A stretch of DNA of 57,737 nt, from assembly GCA_027001995.1 (NCBI GenBank), contig JALTLO010000068.1, positions 1 through 57,737 of the forward strand. The letters run 5' to 3'. Source of the DNA: Planctomycetota bacterium (GTDB taxonomy: Bacteria > Planctomycetota > GCA-002687715 > DRQF01). A program made the position numbers and the translations under genes. Below, one piece after another: positions 55,625 to 57,737 of the stretch. Below the pieces are notes generated by a model that did not search any database, was not told the origin of the DNA, and saw nothing but the letters and a program-made list of their open reading frames with translations. Numbering within the stretch: the first letter of the stretch is position 1; every line of letters starts with the position of its first letter.

Positions 55625-57274
55625 ATGTATAGTGGCACCCCTATGATACACAGACGCACAATTTTGATCGCTCTATTCCTCTGCTCTGCGACCCTGCTCC
55701 CTTGCGATTCCTTCGCCCAAGCCCCACCAGGATGGCGCACCTTCGAACACACAAAAACCGGTGTCCGTTTGTTCCACAAGAAGGACTTTATCGTCACGCC
55801 AGTGAAACCGGATGAACATCTGGTCTTGGGTAAATTCAGCCGCAAGACGCCCTACCGCGCCAAGAAGAAAGATCGCAAGCGTTCGCCAGAAAGTTTCATT
55901 GCCTTCGTGCTCAACGACGCAGAAAAGAAAAAAGACGGCGACTACAAACCCACAGGTGTCACAGGCACCGAGCCAAAAGTTGAGATCAAGGACTACTCTG
56001 ATTTCGAAAAGATCAAGAACGACATTCATACTTGGAAGGAGTTCTTAAGGAAACGCTACAGCAAGAAGCTCCAGGCTTATTCCACCAAAGCAAGACTTCG
56101 GGATGGCGAGTCTGAATACCGTCTGGCCTACAAGTCTCCCCGCCGCAATATTGGCTATCTTTTCATTCGAAAAGTCGAAGGCCAAACATGGGGGGTCATG
56201 GGTTTCTGTGACGAAGAGGTTTCTTCCTATTTCCAAAAAGTCTTCCGCAAAGTTGCTCGCAGCATGAAGAAACCCCAGGGGTTCGTTCGCGTTCGCGACA
56301 ATTCTTCCAAGTTCTACGAAAACAAGGACCTGAGAGGGATTCCATTTCGCATCAAAGCACGTCAAGCCATGGTGCGAGGGTGGAAGGCAGAGGACACCAA
56401 GAATTTCTTTGTCCTCTACCACACCAAGAACATGAAATTGGTCAACAAGATCGTCAAAGACTTGGAGGCGATTCAGCCCCACTACAATGCCATGTTTCCT
56501 CCCGTCGGCGACATCGACGCCGTCAGTGTTGTACGCATCTGCAAAGACGTCAAAGAATATATGAAGTACGGTGGCCCAGCGGGCTCCGCAGGTTATTGGA
56601 ACTTCGTCCACCAAGAGCTTGTCTTCTACGACGCCACCAAGGACAGCCGTTCTCGCTCCAAAAAGCAGGCTGAGAAAGACAGTCTCATCGTCCTCTATCA
56701 CGAGGGTTTCCATCAATACATATTCAATGGTCTGGCCGGGGTCTCCCCAGACTATTGGTTCAATGAAGGCATGGCTGACTATTTTTCTGGTTCTGTGTTC
56801 TACAGTGGCTCCAAGAGACTCAAAGAAATCGGCCCCAATCGTTGGCGCATTCCCAGAGTCAAAGGAACTGTTGATCGCAAGGGTGTTTGGATTCCTCTGA
56901 AACGGCTCATCTCGGCCAAGCGCCAACAATTCTACGATCCCAGAGTGATCGGCCAGATGTATGCCGAGGCTTGGTCCTTGGCCTATTTCTTGTTGCGCAG
57001 CAAAGAAGCGGCCAAACACGAAGGCTGGCGGGAGATCATCCCCACCTACTACAAGACCCTCAAGAAGGAGGCAGCTCGGGTCAAGAAGCTCATCACCAAT
57101 GACATGTCTTTGGGTGCCAAGCGGAAGCTCTATTCAGAAGCAGGCACACGTTCCACCAAAGCGGCGTTTAAGCAGATCGACAAGAAGGCCCTTGAGACTG
57201 CGTGGATGAAATGGATCCGAACTATGAAAGACCCTTGGGCTGCCCAGCGCAAAAAGCCCAAGAAACGTAGGTAA
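55625..57274 (+). CDS. Exported DUF1570-like putative zinc metallopeptidase (HExxH)
   Basis: Signal peptide, SAGYW, LYHEGFHQY...WFNEGMADYF and YAEAWSLAYFL. The start may be ATG 55643. Confidence 0.75.
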   Translation: MYSGTPMIHRRTILIALFLCSATLLPCDSFAQAPPGWRTFEHTKTGVRLFHKKDFIVTPVKPDEHLVLGKFSRKTPYRAKKKDRKRSPESFIAFVLNDAEKKKDGDYKPTGVTGTEPKVEIKDYSDFEKIKNDIHTWKEFLRKRYSKKLQAYSTKARLRDGESEYRLAYKSPRRNIGYLFIRKVEGQTWGVMGFCDEEVSSYFQKVFRKVARSMKKPQGFVRVRDNSSKFYENKDLRGIPFRIKARQAMVRGWKAEDTKNFFVLYHTKNMKLVNKIVKDLEAIQPHYNAMFPPVGDIDAVSVVRICKDVKEYMKYGGPAGSAGYWNFVHQELVFYDATKDSRSRSKKQAEKDSLIVLYHEGFHQYIFNGLAGVSPDYWFNEGMADYFSGSVFYSGSKRLKEIGPNRWRIPRVKGTVDRKGVWIPLKRLISAKRQQFYDPRVIGQMYAEAWSLAYFLLRSKEAAKHEGWREIIPTYYKTLKKEAARVKKLITNDMSLGAKRKLYSEAGTRSTKAAFKQIDKKALETAWMKWIRTMKDPWAAQRKKPKKRR

Positions 57275-57321
57275 CACTCCCCCGGCAAAGTGCCTGTCAA
57301 GTCACGTTTCCTTCAAGACAG

Positions 57322-57365
57322 ACACAACAACAGCGCCAAGGGTGAATCTGGCGCTGTTCTTGTGT
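57322..57365. terminator. Hairpin between convergent genes (probable bidirectional terminator)
   Basis: ACACAACAACAGCGCCA ... TGGCGCTGTTCTTGTGT inverted repeat. Confidence 0.7.
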
Positions 57366-57370
57366 TTGGG

Positions 57371-57736
57371 CTAAGCGACGTTGGTGCCGTGTTTTGGTCT
57401 TTTCGCCTTCGTTTCTAAGCCTGCCATTTCTCTCAGGGCACCGTCCACGTAGCGTTCGACCATGGCTTTTCGCCATGAGACGATGAAGTCCGTGTTGTCT
57501 AAGGGCGCCGCAGGCTTCCGAGCAAGCTTGGCGGCTTCAGCAATCGCCTCTTCGGTAAATTCCTTGCCGATCAGTGAATCCTGAGCATCTTGGGCCACTG
57601 TTGGTGAGGAACGTACTGCTCCCAAGTAAATGGAGCAAGCAGTGACGATGTTCTTCTCATCGACGCTGACTGTGGCCCCGACTCCGAGAACAGGAAAGTC
57701 GATGGTGCCCCGCCTGCGGAGTTTCCAATAAGTGCT
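57371..57736 (-). CDS. FAD-binding subunit of a xanthine dehydrogenase-family molybdoenzyme (HcrB/CoxM-like), 3' part only
   Basis: STYWKLRRRGTIDFPVLGV...LGAV...APLDNTDF...WRKAM. The frame is open to the window edge. Confidence 0.8.
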   Translation of the reverse strand, partial: STYWKLRRRGTIDFPVLGVGATVSVDEKNIVTACSIYLGAVRSSPTVAQDAQDSLIGKEFTEEAIAEAAKLARKPAAPLDNTDFIVSWRKAMVERYVDGALREMAGLETKAKRPKHGTNVA

Positions 57737-57737
57737 C

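Overview
Chromosomal window of a bacterium with about 50-53% GC. The gene content (many sulfatases, a DUF1570-like protein, large modular exported proteins, PGNLR-type EF-P) suggests an uncultured Planctomycetota/PVC lineage; this is an inference. From left to right it holds: an SbcCD-like (YhaN/YhaO) pair; two large exported proteins; a tandem sulfatase and a GH2 beta-galactosidase; a cell-surface glycan modification region (sulfotransferase-like, AlgI/AlgJ-like, a sulfatase-HEAT-MepA-like fusion, a GT-B protein, a radical SAM/SPASM enzyme); two M1 aminopeptidases; two hybrid histidine kinases; efp; agmatinase plus a COG0523 GTPase; a bacilliredoxin; and the 3' end of a molybdo-flavoprotein FAD subunit. 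I saw no rRNA, tRNA, CRISPR array or transposase. Best candidates for novelty: (1) a four-gene unit (44652-47502) with an Lgt-like diacylglyceryl transferase, a tetraether-synthase (Tes/GDGT-MAS)-like radical SAM enzyme and two paralogous small membrane proteins ending in a lipobox-like NAxCFG motif; (2) an exported two-thioredoxin protein with two in-frame UGA codons in UxxC motifs, each followed by a SECIS-like hairpin (54414-55418); (3) an 11-bp tandem repeat that currently puts the signal-peptide start of a 1.1-kaa exported protein out of frame (11744-11824); (4) a shared C-terminal domain of about 155 aa that may be a sorting signal. All family assignments come from motif recognition by eye; no database searches were run.
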